Position numbers and translations under genes: made by a program. Below are positions 34,555 through 46,700 of a stretch of DNA of 64,000 bases, piece after piece. A model generated the notes under the pieces. It saw only the letters and a program-made list of their open reading frames with translations, was not told where the DNA came from and searched no databases. Positions within the stretch are counted from its first letter, which is position 1; each line of letters starts with the position of its first letter. This DNA comes from Rebecca billardiae RCC1528 (taxonomy: Eukaryota; Protista; Haptophyta). The stretch covers positions 558,856 to 622,855 of the forward strand of contig OZ251255.1 in NCBI GenBank assembly GCA_965240325.2. Direction: 5' to 3'.

Positions 34555-36098
34555 AGGTGGCACGGCAGGAAATCGCCCGGACCGGCGGGACGCGACGTAA
34601 CAGCCATGGCTGCCGCGTGCGCGCGCCGAGTCGAGGCTCGTGCACGCCGACCGCGTACGGCACGGTCCGGAGCGCATGACGGGTGGTCGAAGCACGTGCG
34701 CCGGCCTCCTGCCCCGCCCTCTGATGAGCTCGTCGCGTCTCTCCTCACGCTCCAGCCGTGGACCAGCGTGCACACGTGCGGGTCGGCTGGCGAGCTGCAG
34801 ACGCGGTGGATGTGCTGCATGGTATGTGCGCCACTGGCCGCCCAGATGGTCAGGGCGTACGGGGGCGGACGTGCGCACGTGCGTCCAGTCGTTTGAACCG
34901 TGCGCCGAGGCCGTTTTGGAGGTGTGCACCTACTCGCGGATGTCGGCGGCACTCCATGGGCAGCCCGTGGGGCCAGAGAAGCCGCGACGGGCAGCATTCG
35001 GGCGAGGTGCGCATGGCCCCATGGCGGCAGGGAACGCCCTGTGCGTGCGCTACGGTCTACGCCGAGGTCAGCAATATGGACTTGGCCTGTGTATGTGGCT
35101 TGAACAGTCTGCTTGGGGCCCTACGGAAGTCACCGCGCGTGCGCAGCGTCCCCGGTGCCCTATAGTAGGCTATACGCGGCATGCCAAAACTCGAAATCTT
35201 TTATAGAACTTCTACTGGGACCCTAGCTACTCCCGAGCCGTACTCATAAACTGTGCTTAGCCAGCTCGGCATGCGAATCGGATTTCAAAAAACGAAATTA
35301 ACACGGAAATGGTCCTATTTTGGCTATTTTGAACCACTTTCATGTTATTATATTTTCGTTTTTTGAAATCCGATTCGCATGCCGAGCTGGCTAAGCACAG
35401 TTTATGAGTACGGCTCGGGAGTAGCTAGGGTCCCAGTAGAAGTTCTATAAAATATTTCGAGTTTTGGCATGCCGCGTATAGCCTACTATAGGGCACCGGG
35501 CGGACGCTGCGCACGCGCGGTGACTTCCGTAGGGCCCCAAGCAGACTGTTCAAGCCACATACACAGGCCAAGTCCATATTGCTGACCTCGGCGTAGACCG
35601 TAGCGCACGCACAGGGCGTTCCCTGCCGCCATGGGGCCATGCGCACCTCGCCCGAATGCTGCTCGTCGCGGCTTCTCTGGCCCCACGGGCTGCCCATGGA
35701 GTGCCGCCGACATCCGCGAGTAGGTGCACACCTCCAAAACGGCCTCGGCGCACGGTTCAAACGACTGGACGCACGTGCGCACGTCCGCCCCCGTACGCCC
35801 TGACCATCTGGGCGGCCAGTGGCGCACATACCATGCAGCGCATCCACCGCGTCTGCAGCTCGCCAGCCGACCCGCACGTGTGCACGCTGGTCCACGGCTG
35901 GAGCGTGAGGAGAGACGCGACGAGCTCATCAGAGGGCGGGGCAGGAGGCCGGCGCACGTGCTTCGACCACCCGTCATGCGCTCCGGACCGTGCCGTACGC
36001 GGTCGGCGTGCACGAGCCTCGACTCGGCGCGCGCACGCGGCAGCTATGGCTGTTACGTCGCGTCCCGCCGGTCCGGGCGATTTCCTGCCGTGCCACCT
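34555..36098. mobile_element. Foldback element: ~745-bp inverted arms with ~56-bp AT-rich spacer, TA-flanked
   Basis: TA|AGGTGGCACGGCAGGAAATCG...GATTTCAAAAAACGAAA (to 35297) mirrored by 35354-36098 ...CGATTTCCTGCCGTGCCACCT|TA. The ORF track shows mirrored ORFs with only a few differences. Confidence 0.9.
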
Positions 36099-36155
36099 TA
36101 GAATGGGTCAACTGGACACCGGGGCTAACTGGACAGTCGGAGCGGCGGACAGGAG

Positions 36156-37653
36156 GTGCAGGCGCAGCTCCAGCTCGCGGTCAAGTACTGCCTCGCGAAT
36201 GATGTGAGCGCGTACCAGGCGGTGAACAACGACGAGCTCAAGACTGGTTGGCCGCTCGTGACGCGGTCGACGCTGAATCGCGCGCTCAACGCAGCTCAGA
36301 CGGGCACGCCCTTCCACTTCAGCGTGCGCGAGAGCTTGCGTGTCCTGACCGTTGCCGAGGAGGCTCGGCTCGTGAAGTACGCGAAGTTGAAGAACATGGC
36401 GGAGCAGGCGATCACGCGCGAGAGCATATCGGAGGTCGTGCTCGCGATGCTGCGGTACCGCGCGGCGTCAAACGCGATGGGCGGTCGCAAGAAGATTCCG
36501 CTCAGTGAGCACGCGCAGCGCGTCGTCGACGGAGGCGAGCTGGGCCAAGACTGGATGGAGCGATTCTTCGCGGAGCATAGTGACATCAAGGAGGCGCTGT
36601 ACGCACACACGTCCCAGAAGCGGCTCGGTGCGTGCACGATGGAGAGTGCCGTGCAGCACCTGAAGAACTGTGATGCCGCCTTCAGGCAGCTTAACATCTC
36701 CAACTCGGCCGGCATCATCATCCATCCCGATTGCGTTCTCCAACTCGACGAGATCCCGCAGTTCTTGGACTACGGCACGTGCTCGCGCAACAACATGGCG
36801 ATCGACGCGACCGGCTCTTCCGTGCGCAAGGCACAGGGCGAGGAGCGCACATGCGTCTCGTTCACGCCCGTGCTCGACCTGAGCGGCTCCATCGTCGTGA
36901 CGCAGTACAACTTCGCGCAGTCGTACTGGACAACCGGGACGTTCTCGCACAAGTTGCTCGATCTCTGTCTTTCGCGAAAGCGAGGGCCAAAAGTGCGAGG
37001 TGCTGTTTGCCACGTCGGAGAAGGGGACTCAGACCGGCGACACGTTCGGCGAGCTGGTCAGGGTCATCATCGAGACGCGAAAGACGAAGAAGCTGCGATT
37101 CCCGTTCGCCCTGATCTCGGACGGCCACATCTTGCGATTCGGCGAGCCATGCATGCTTGCGCTCGAGGGCACGGCCGCGCTCGACTCTGACGGCCTGGGC
37201 CGGGAGTCGGTGATGATCATCAGCCCTCCGGACACCACCGGCGACCTGCAGATGGTCGACCAGATTGGTGCCGACCTGCACAGCAGGTACAACGACGAGA
37301 AGAAGAAGTTCAAGAAGTGGGCGAGCGAGCAGGAGCTCGCCGCTCATCGCGCGCGCGCTCGCGCGGACCTAGGCGCCGACGAGCTCAACCTCAACATCAA
37401 CCACCAGACGCACACTCTGTTGCCCTCGCGCGTGCAGCAGGGCGATGATGAGTCGTCGGACGACGAGGACGCGGACATGGACGACGACTCGGCGGCCTCG
37501 TCTGAAGACGAGGGCCCGCCGGCGAGCTCGCCCGCTCACACGACTGCGGCCAGCGCGCCGGGCGCGGTCGCGGCCGCGGCCAGCAGCCGCACCGCGCCCG
37601 CGCCCGCCGTGCGGCTCGCGCCGCGCCGAGGCCAGCGCACAGTAATAAGGTGA
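36156..37653 (+). pseudogene. Frameshifted pogo/Tigger-like (CENP-B HTH + DDE_1) transposase
   Basis: HTH region (TRSTLNRAL; LTVAEEARLV...GQDWMERFFAEH) and catalytic motifs LQLDEIP, ISDGH, SPPDTTGDLQMVDQ. Frame switch near 36960-37000. TIR-like GGTCAACTGGACACCGGGGCTAACTGGACAG lies just upstream. Confidence 0.8.
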
Positions 37654-38841
37654 TCCGCCAACCTGCATCGCCCACGCCGGTCAGCGGCGTGGGCGCAGAC
37701 TGCTCGGCGCGCCCGGCAATCTGCTCGGGTCAGCTGCGCGCACACCTTTCGGGCAAGGCGCGCGACGCGCACGGGGTACGCATAACGGCATAATTCCGCC
37801 CGGACACAGTGGCGCGCAGTGCGCGCCACTGCGAGATGAGCGCCAAGACCCGTCGCGCCGCCCGTCGCGCGTGTCGTCTGCGGCGGCTGGCATGGCTGTG
37901 GCGACGGCGCATCGCGGCCTCATCATTTGAAGAACTCGGCCCGCCAAGGGACATCCGGCTGGCTGCAGAAGTGTGCCGCCTCAGCCTCTTCTCCTGCCTT
38001 CTGAGCACTACTCGACTGCCACCCGGACCGAGAAGGCCAAACCGGTATAAAGAGTCCCGGGTTGCCCGACCGCGCCCGCTTCTGCTGAGTCCAGCGATGA
38101 CATGCCGGCTTCGGAGTCCGGTGCAGCTTGGCCTTGCGAACCGGTGCGCATCTGAGGGGGCAGCTCATCATTGGCATAGTTAGTAATACATTATTATTAG
38201 TAGTAGTATATGTTCGACGCTCACTTCCGAGTTCCTTCCGTAAGCCCGCGTCTTGCCCTTGCAGCACATCCGGTGCGATGAAGCGACGGCGCAAGCACCG
38301 CCAGCCGGCCGAACGGCAGGCAGACGCATGCGGCATGGACGAATCACAGCAGTGCCCCATGGCCCATGGGCGCAGAAGAGGCTACGGAGGCGAGCCATCG
38401 GAGCGTCAGAAGGGGTCCGTAGGTGCGACCAGAGTCCAGACGTACCCGCCCTCGCGCGCCGTCGCCCAGCCTTCGTCTTCACCGTGGCGCGCACGCGAGG
38501 CGAGGCCGCGCACGCCACTGGCAGGGCCACTTTACCACGGGGCTCCAACAGACGGTACACCGGACACCGGTAAATACTCCGTACCGGTGCGTACCGGTGC
38601 GGCGTACCGAATATGCACCGCCACAAACTGCCGTGCACCGGTGAGAGTCCGGGAGGGGTCGTGTGCGCCCGGACCACAGCACCCGCGAGTACGGACTACG
38701 CGGAGCTGTCCGACTAGTGTCAGTGTCCGAGGTCGGACAGTCACTGCTGGCACTCGGCATAAGGGAAGGCGACTACGCCGCCGATTTCGTCCTGATAATG
38801 GGCTGCTGTTTCTATCAGTAAATAGGCCAAAAATTTTCTTC

Positions 38842-39806
38842 GACCCGTTGCACGGGTGATTAACCGTGAGCGTACGCCTGCCTGAGCTGTGTGCGTCTCT
38901 TATTCTTAGTAAACTGTACAGTTTACTAAGAATAAGAGACGCACACAGCTCAGGCAGGCGAGATTGACGCCCGCCTATGAAAAAACGACAAGCGTATGAA
39001 ATCTCGAGGTTTTGTCGCTCGCGCTGCCGCATGGCTGACGTCCGCGCGGATCCGAGCGCAATGGTGCATTGCGAAGCCGATTCGCAATGCACCAATCCAA
39101 TCCGCATGTCAATCGACCCAACCGTCGCTGAGAACGAACGACAAAACCCAGGGCAGGTGTCCACCACGAGGCCACGCCGCGCGCGCGCTGGCAGCGTGAG
39201 CCGGCGCGGTTGCAAAGGGTTGCCCAAAGGCAGAGAGATCAGCCAATGCGGCTACCTTCGGCAAGCACGCCACCTCAGCGTCAGCATCGGTGGGGCCGTA
39301 TGACGATATATGCCCTTGGATGCGGCTCCAGCCAAACGGCTCTCGACGCGGGAAGCCGCCATCGGCAGCGAGCGCGTACACGGATACACGTGCTGTCCTC
39401 GTGAACGAGGATTCAGGAGACGAGGCGCGGCCCGCGATGCGCAGGCAAGACCTAGGGAGTGGCTCACGCTTTGATCGCGTGTACGGGTACAGAAGGCGTG
39501 CGCACGCAACCACACCGCCTTCGTGAAGCGCGTGGGCAAGCTGCTGAAGCGGCTCACGATGCGCGCTTACTTCTCACCTCCGTGCGCTCGCCGACCGCTC
39601 ACGCTGCCTTCCGCGCGGCGGACCTGGGAAACCTGCCACCTGGCGCGCACGTCGCAGCGCGTAACGCGGAAAGTGGTAGATCTGCTGCCACGCTCCCGCT
39701 GCCGCCGGCGGCGGCGGCAGCGGCATGCCCACGATGCGGCGACGGTGATGACTATTGTATCACTGCCAAAGTGTCGTTTTTTCGGCGCTCACGCGTGCAA
39801 CGGGTC
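38842..39806. mobile_element. GAC...GTC MITE, copy 2, 4-bp TSD CTTC, nested in the hAT-like element
   Basis: CTTC|GACCCGTTGCACGGGTG ... CACGCGTGCAACGGGTC|CTTC. Confidence 0.85.
38875..38975. mobile_element. 101-bp insertion containing an 86-bp perfect palindrome, TA-duplicated
   Basis: Absent from MITE copy 1 (GAGCGTA|TGAAAAAA). 38875-38960 is its own reverse complement; TA flanks both sides. Confidence 0.8.
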
Positions 39807-40447
39807 CTTCGCCTCGGGCCGGCGGGGCCCCGGGGCCCCGCGGTGCGCGCACCGGTGTACCGGTACACCGGCGCCTGCGGCGCCGGTGCACCGGTACGCG
39901 TACCCGGAGGCACCGGATCTTTGAGCCCTGCACTTTACCGGCGCCGCACCGGGCCGGAAAGCCATTTCAATAATAATTAAAATGTTTTCCGCGAGGGCCG
40001 CGGGCCAACCCCCAGATCCGACCCGACAGCAGGCGCCCGAACCGGGGTGGCTTCCCATGGCATGGCCAGCCGTCAGGTTGGCGTCCCCTTGCAGTAGTAG
40101 ACTAATTCTATGATTTAAAGACACAGGCACGAGGGCGCAGCTCTCCTGATTCGTCTGTAGTGGTACTGGTCGAAGCTTGCAAGTGCAGCAGTTGCAGTGG
40201 TGTGAGCGCGTTGATGTTGGTCCCCATGGCGGATGTCGTTGTTGTCGTCGTCCGGACGTCGTCAGGCCCACCAGGAAGTGCATGGGTACGAAAACAAAGG
40301 CGAGTGAGCATGTTGGCGTCGGCCAGGCCGTCCCCTACTTGGTCAGCAGCTGGTGCGGATGATGTCGTCGCCTACTTGGTCAGTGGCAGGTCATGGTGGA
40401 CGATGGTGTAGCCTGTTCTTGGTCAGCAGCTGGTGGATGATGTTGTG

Positions 40448-41090
40448 GCCGAAGTTAGTAGTAGTTGGACTTGCCTGAGTTAGTAGTAGTTGGACTCGCC
40501 GAAGTTGGCGTAGTGGTTGGACTCGCCGCAGTTAGTAGTAGTTGGACTCGCCTGAGTTAGTAGTAGTTGGACTCGCCGAAGTTAGTAGTAGTCGGACTCG
40601 CCGAAGTTAGTAGTAGTTGGACTCGCCGAAGTTAGTATAGTAGTTGGACTCGCCGGAGTTAGCAGTAGTTGGACTCGCCGAAGTTAGTAGTAGTTGGACT
40701 CGCCGGAGTTAGTAGTAGTAGTTGGACTCCCCGAAGTTAGTAGTAGTTGGACTCGCCGAAGTTAGTAGTAGTTGGACTCGCCGAAGTTAGTAGTAGTTGG
40801 ACTCGCCGAAGTTAGTAGTAGTTGGACTCGCCGAAATTGGTAGTAGTAGTTGGACTCGCCGAAGTTAGTAGTAGTTGGACTCGCCGAAGTTAGTATAGTA
40901 GTTGGACTCGCCGGAGTTAGCAGTAGTTGGACTCGCCGAAGTTAGTAGTAGTTGGACTCGCCGGAGTTAGTAGTAGTAGTTGGACTCCCCGAAGTTAGTA
41001 GTAGTTGGACTCGCCGAAGTTAGTAGTAGTTGGACTCGCCGAAGTTAGGTAGTAGTTGGACTCGCCGAAGTTAGTAGTAGTTGGTCTCGC
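40448..41090. repeat. 25-bp minisatellite (GCCGAAGTTAGTAGTAGTTGGACTC)n, ~25 copies
   Basis: Direct reading; unit variants differ mostly by small indels in the TAG run. Confidence 0.95.
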
Positions 41091-41537
41091 CGTCGGGGAC
41101 TGGTTCCGGTACTTGTGGGGGATGGTCGTGTCTCTGCTGGGCCTGGTGGTTCTGGTTGAGCTCGTCCTCCTCCTCCTCCTCCTCCCCCTCCCCCCCCCCC
41201 CCCCCCGCCCCCCGCGCGCGCGCTTGGGCAGTCCTTGCTCACGTCACTCGGTGAACGGCACTGCGGGCACCGTGCATGCATATCGCGCGGTTCGCGGCCG
41301 TCTCACAGAGTGGCGGGGCACGAATTCATATTCGGCGGCTACTCGTTTTATGGTGCGTGCAGGCCAGGCAGTGCGGGCAGCGGAGCGGCCGGCAAACGAG
41401 CGGAGGTGCCAGGCATGCACCTTATTGGCCGGGGCACACGTAGACGGCAGTGACGGCGCTGCTCGACAGACCGTTGGCACTTGCGTCCAGGCGGCTCGGC
41501 ACCGGGCGCCGTGTAGCGCGTGCGAGGCGGGTGCCAT

Positions 41538-43474
41538 TAGCCTGGTCCAAACGCACTGGAGCACTTTCGGGGATTTTATCGCCAAATGAACGCGGGCCCC
41601 TAGGCACGCGCTCACACCCGGAAACAGCGTAACAAATGGGCCCAGCCCGGGCGCAGCAAAAGTTTCGGCCTAAAAATCGCATCCGTGGCCCGTCGTGAGC
41701 GTGCGCGCGCGCGCCGCGGACAACTACGGACACATAGAGAATCGTCAGTCCGAATGTGGGTAAGTACTTAGCCGAAATGAGCCCAAACGCACGAACTTAC
41801 TTATTGGCGTACGTCGAGGCGAGCATGAACCCTGGTACAGGCCATTAGGATGGGCTGTGGTCTGTGCGCAAGTGGCCGTACTCAACTACTGCAAGATCGA
41901 CTATATTACCCATTTATACCCGCATATTATGGGCAATGTACCCGCATAAGTATGAGTTCTGGACCTGTATAATTAAAATGCTACTATGTCGTTACATATT
42001 CGCCATAGGTGGGTAGCTGTCCCAGGCTGCACGATTAGTGCGGCGCTCGGGGTGCAGTGGTCGGACGAGGCTCCGCCTGGCCTTCCGCGCACTCCTGCAG
42101 ACAAGAAGAGGGCCGGACTCCCACCCGGCCAGGCGTGCGGCAGTCGGTCAGGTGCTGGACCTGGTCTGGAGACCATCTCCTGCTTGGAAACTGGCCGATC
42201 TGCGGCACAACGCGCGCCGCCGTGAGCCACACGGCAGGTTCGCAATGGATCCGGATCGCGTGTCCATGGCGGCGTGCATCGAGTCATTCAAGCTGTCAAG
42301 TCGCGTGCCACGCCCGCCCTTTCACTTGGGGCATCAGTACTGCCTACAACGACGACATGTGCGTCCTTAGATGAGGCATAATCGCGATTCTAGCTGCCCG
42401 TCCAAGGGTCAGATCGCACGTCTTTGCTCGCCCGACAGCCTCAACGGCGGACTGATGTGATCCGCGGGTGACGATGCGACCGCTTCGAGTGCGCCTACGG
42501 CCACCACCGGGGTGGGGATCGTTCATGGGCACCCTCTGCGTGCCATGACATGCTCTGGCCGTGCGTGGTGACTTGGCCCACCGCGCGTAAACGGGAAAGA
42601 CACCCGAGCACGTGCTTCCGAGCCACCCGAATGGCACAATGTGCCACCCATGGACACCAAACACGTACCAGAGCGCGAGCCTTGCGTGCTGGAGTAGCCG
42701 CACGACACCAAGGAAGACGTATGAGCGCTCTAAACCATCTTCAAGCGACGACTCCGTCGACTCTGCCTCGCAGACCGCGGTACGATCCTCGACCTTGTGC
42801 TCGCAGCAAAGGCCATGACGGTAAAGCAGCACCCAGGCCATGGGAGTCAGCCGGCAGCCACTACACTGCGACTGTACACACCCAGCCCCGCAAGGCGAGC
42901 CATCCTGCTCGCCACCAGCCCGTCATACAGCTCCACGAGGAGCACAAATCGACAGCCGCCGCTCAGGACGACCCATGCGCAAACGTGACGGGACTGGCCG
43001 GATGAAGCGTTGGCGATGCGCAGCGCGCCCAACGCTGGTGGTGGCATCGAGTACATGCTAGGGGTAGGTGGTGGCCCACACGAGCCGTCGCGTGGCCCGC
43101 ATATTACCCGAGGTGGCCCGTCTCGAAGGCGCCGCGCAACCCAGCAGGTGAGCGTTCGACGCGCGCCGTCAGGCGAGAAGTCGACCTGGCGACGGACCGC
43201 GGGCGGCGGAAGCAACGCAGACATGTCGCTCAAGGTGTGCACGCACACCACCGGGGCACCCGAACGATGTGTCCAGCACTACACCTGACATGAGGCGGCG
43301 CAGTCGTCCAGTCGAGGCTCTCGAGCCCCTTCCCGACCTTCGTCGCGGCGAGCCGTCGGACGGCCGGTGGCGATTTTTGACGAGCGCGACGAGCGACGAG
43401 AACCTCGGGAGAAATCAGGCGCCCAAAATCCGAAAAGGCTTTTTCACTGGCGAAAATCGGGATGGACCAGGCTA
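41538..43474. mobile_element. TAG...CTA non-autonomous DNA transposon, copy B (1937 bp), 7-bp TSD GTGCCAT
   Basis: GTGCCAT|TAGCCTGGTCCA ... TGGACCAGGCTA|GTGCCAT. Confidence 0.85.
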
Positions 43475-43797
43475 GTGCCATGCACCACGCCCTGTCGCCC
43501 GCAGTGAGTGACGACAGTGTGAGTTGGCGCCACTGGTCAGCCGCGGCACTGTGGGCTGTGGGCACTGGCACTGCGGCACTCTGCGGGGGCTGGGCCGCCG
43601 CCTTTACTAGTTCGGTCAGTCAAAGATGAAAGAGTGCCCGCCGAGTGCCGTACGCGCTCTGTCTCAGCATTCTGCCATCATCGACCTGATGATGTAGTTG
43701 TTACAGTACTGCTCATCAATTTCACCTGGCTCATCGCGATAACACCTGCTTATTCAGGACGCCACCGCCGCCGCAGGTTGCCGCTGGCCCGCTGCTG

Positions 43798-46700
43798 TCA
43801 AGACAACTGCGCGCCGCCGCGGAGCAGGAGCGCCGCGCTCACGTCTGCGCACAGTGCCGCGCACGCGTCCGCGGCCACGCGAGGCGTCGCCGGCGCGGCA
43901 CGTGCGCGCTCCGCCGCGCGCAGCAGCGCGCGCCAGCTCGGCGCGAGCGCGGGCGACGCCCAGAGGCGCGCGAGCTCGGCGCAGCGCAGCAGGCAGCACG
44001 CGGCGTGCGCGGCCGCGCCCGCGCCGTGCGCGCCGTCGTCCACGCCCTCCGCGCCCGGGCGCCGTGCGCCGCCGGCGTCGAGCGCCGCGGCCAGCCCGGC
44101 CAGCAGCGGCCGCGCGAGCGCGGGCGCGGCGCACAGCGCGCGCGCGACGGGCGCGCACGCACCCACCCAGCCCCAGCCGCCGCCGGCGCCGCCGGCGCGC
44201 ACGGCGCGAGCGCGCGAGTGCGCTGGCATGCCGAGCAGCAGCTGCAGCGCGCAGCGCAGCGCGATACCCTCGATCGGGTCGAGAGCCGCCGCGCCGCCGT
44301 CCGCGCCGCCGGGCGCGCCGCCGTCCGCGCCGCCGGGCGCGGCGGGGGCGAGCGCGGCGCACGCGGCCAGCTGCGCCTCCGCGGCGCACAGCGAAGCGCA
44401 CAGCGCGCTCCACTCCGCACACGCGGCCGCGTCGGCGTCGGCCGCGTCGGCGTCGGCCGCCGGCTCGGGCGGCGCGGCCCACGCCTCCCACGCCTCGGGC
44501 GCGGCGCCGCGGCCGGCGGGGGGCTCGTCGTCGGCGTGTGCGCGCAGCACGCAGCAGCCCGGCGCGGCCGCGCCGCCGCCGGCGCCGAGCGCTCGCGCGA
44601 CGGCGGCGCGCGCGGCGCCGAGCCCCGCGCCGAGCGCCGCGGCGCGGAGCGCGGCGCACGCCTGCGCGCAGAGCGCGCGCCGCGCGCAGCCGTCGTCGAT
44701 GGCAAGTGCCACCAGCGCACCGAGCTCCTCCGCGCCGTCCGCGCCGAGCTGGGCGGCGGGCGCGGTGGGCGCGGCCGCGCCGCCCGCCCGCCAGCGCGCG
44801 GGCGCGTCCGCGGCGCGCACGCGCTCGGGCGGCGGCGGCGGCGGCGGCTGCGCGCGCCGCGCGTCCGCGCCGCTTCCGAACGCGGTGGGCGACACGGCTG
44901 CGCTGAGCAAGGCAGCGACGCAAGGCGGCCACGCGCCCGCCGCGGCGGCTGGGGGCGCGCCGGGCGGCGGCGCGGCGGCGGCGGCGAGGGCGGCGCAGCC
45001 CGCCGCGCTCGCCGCGCCGCCCATCACGCTCGCGTGCGCGCAGCACCGCGCGAGCGCCGTGCACAGCGCCGCGGGCAGCGGCCGCGGCAGCGCGCACACC
45101 ACAGCGAGCGCCTCCGCGCGCGCGGCCGCGGGCAGCCCGCCAGACGCCCACGGGCCAAACACGACGGCGCCGCCGCCGCCCGCCGCCGCGCCGCGCGGCC
45201 GCGCGCTGAAGAGCGGCGCGAGCGCGCGCGCGTGCGCGGCGCACGCCGCTGCTGCGCTGCGCGCCGCCTCGGCGCCGCCCGCGCCGCGCGCGGACGGCGC
45301 CGCGGCGGCTGCCGCTGCGCTGTGCAGCACAGCAGCGCGCAGCGTGCGCAGTTGCAGTGCGCACTGCGCGCCCGCGCGCGCGCAGTCGTCGCCGCCCGCC
45401 GCCGCCGCCATGCCCGACTCCCAGGCGGCGCGCGGCAGCGCCGCGCGCCACCGCTCCGCGGCCGCGTCGGCGGCGGCCGCGTCGGCCGCGGCCGCGTCGG
45501 CGTCCGTGGCGTCGGCGTCCGCGGCGCCGCCGTCGCCGGCTGCGCGCGCGTGCGCGCGCGGCGGCGGCGGCGGCGCGGCGCCGTGCGCGTGCGGAGGCAG
45601 CAGCGCGGGCGGGAGGGTGAGCGCGGCGCACGCGCACACGAGCGCGCACACGCCCGCGCCGCCGCGCGCGCACGCGGCGCGCACGGCCGCGCCGCCGCTC
45701 TCGCCCGGCGGCGCGCCGGGCGCGGGCTCGCACGCCGCGTGCCGTGCGGCGCACTCAAACAGCGCGCGGCGCAGCGCGGCGTCAGCGCGCGCGGAGGGCG
45801 CGGCCGCGCCGCCGCGCGGCAGCAGCCGCGTCGCCGCGTGCACGGCCGCGGCGGGCAGCGCCGCGCCCGCGCCGCCGCGCGGGTGCGCGCCGAGCTCGGC
45901 GATGAGCGCGGCGCTCAGCGCGGCGCGCAGCGCGGCCGCGCCGCCGCCGCCGCCGTCCGCGGCCGCGGCCGCGCGCGCGGCCGCGCGCTCGCGCGCGCGC
46001 TGCTGCGGCTGCCGCGCGGCGGGCGGGCGCCGCGCGGGCGCTTCCGCGGCGCCCCCGCCGGCGCTGAGCAGCGCGGCGCCCAGCTCCCACAGCGCCTCGC
46101 GCTCGGCGGCACCGCCCGCGCCCGCCGCGCCGCCGGCCGCGCGCCCGCCGCCGCCCGCGTCCGCGCCGGCCGTCAGCGCGCCGAGCACAAGCGCCCGCAG
46201 CGCGCGCTCGGCGCGCTCAGCGTCCGCTGCGTCGCCGGCTGGCAGCGCGGCGGCGAGGGCGAGCGCGCGCGCGGCGTGCGAGCCGCCCTCCGCCGCGCCG
46301 CCGCCGCCTCGGCGCGCGCGCTGCCGCTGCTGCCGCAGTGCCGCCGTCACGCTGAGCACGCAGCGCAGCAGCAGCGGCAGCGGCAGCGGCGGCGGCGGCG
46401 CGCTCGACGGCGCGCCGGCCGCGGCGCCGCCGCCGCCGCCGCCGCCGGTGTGAGCGCGCGGCGAGGCGGCGGACGCCCCGCCTGGCGCTCGGCCTGCGGC
46501 CCCGGCGGCGGCGGCGGCCCCGCCGCCCCCCGCCGCCGCGCCCTCCGCCTCGTGCGCCTCCGCGTCCGCCATCGCCCGCCAGCACTGCGCGAGCAGCAGC
46601 AACACAGCAGCGCACGTCAGCTGCTGCTGCGGCTGCTGCGGCGGCTGCGGCTGCGGCTGCGGCCGCGCGGATGAGGCGCCGGGCGCGCGGCCGGGCGGCG

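Larger units (their letters stand above)
38536..39930. mobile_element. Non-autonomous hAT-like element with 8-bp TSD CACTTTAC and ACCGGT subterminal repeats
   Basis: CACTTTAC|CACGGGGCTCCAA ... TTTGAGCCCTG|CACTTTAC; clustered ACCGG/CCGGT motifs near both ends. Confidence 0.75.

Noticed and set aside
40448-41090. CRISPR array or coding repeat
   Set aside because: Units are head-to-tail with no spacers, the period is 25 bp and stop codons are frequent.
39973-41980. 12-bp direct repeat ATAATTAAAATG as the TSD of a 2-kb insertion
   Set aside because: The second copy lies inside the TAG element 41538-43474, so the boundaries are incompatible; probably chance in AT-rich patches.
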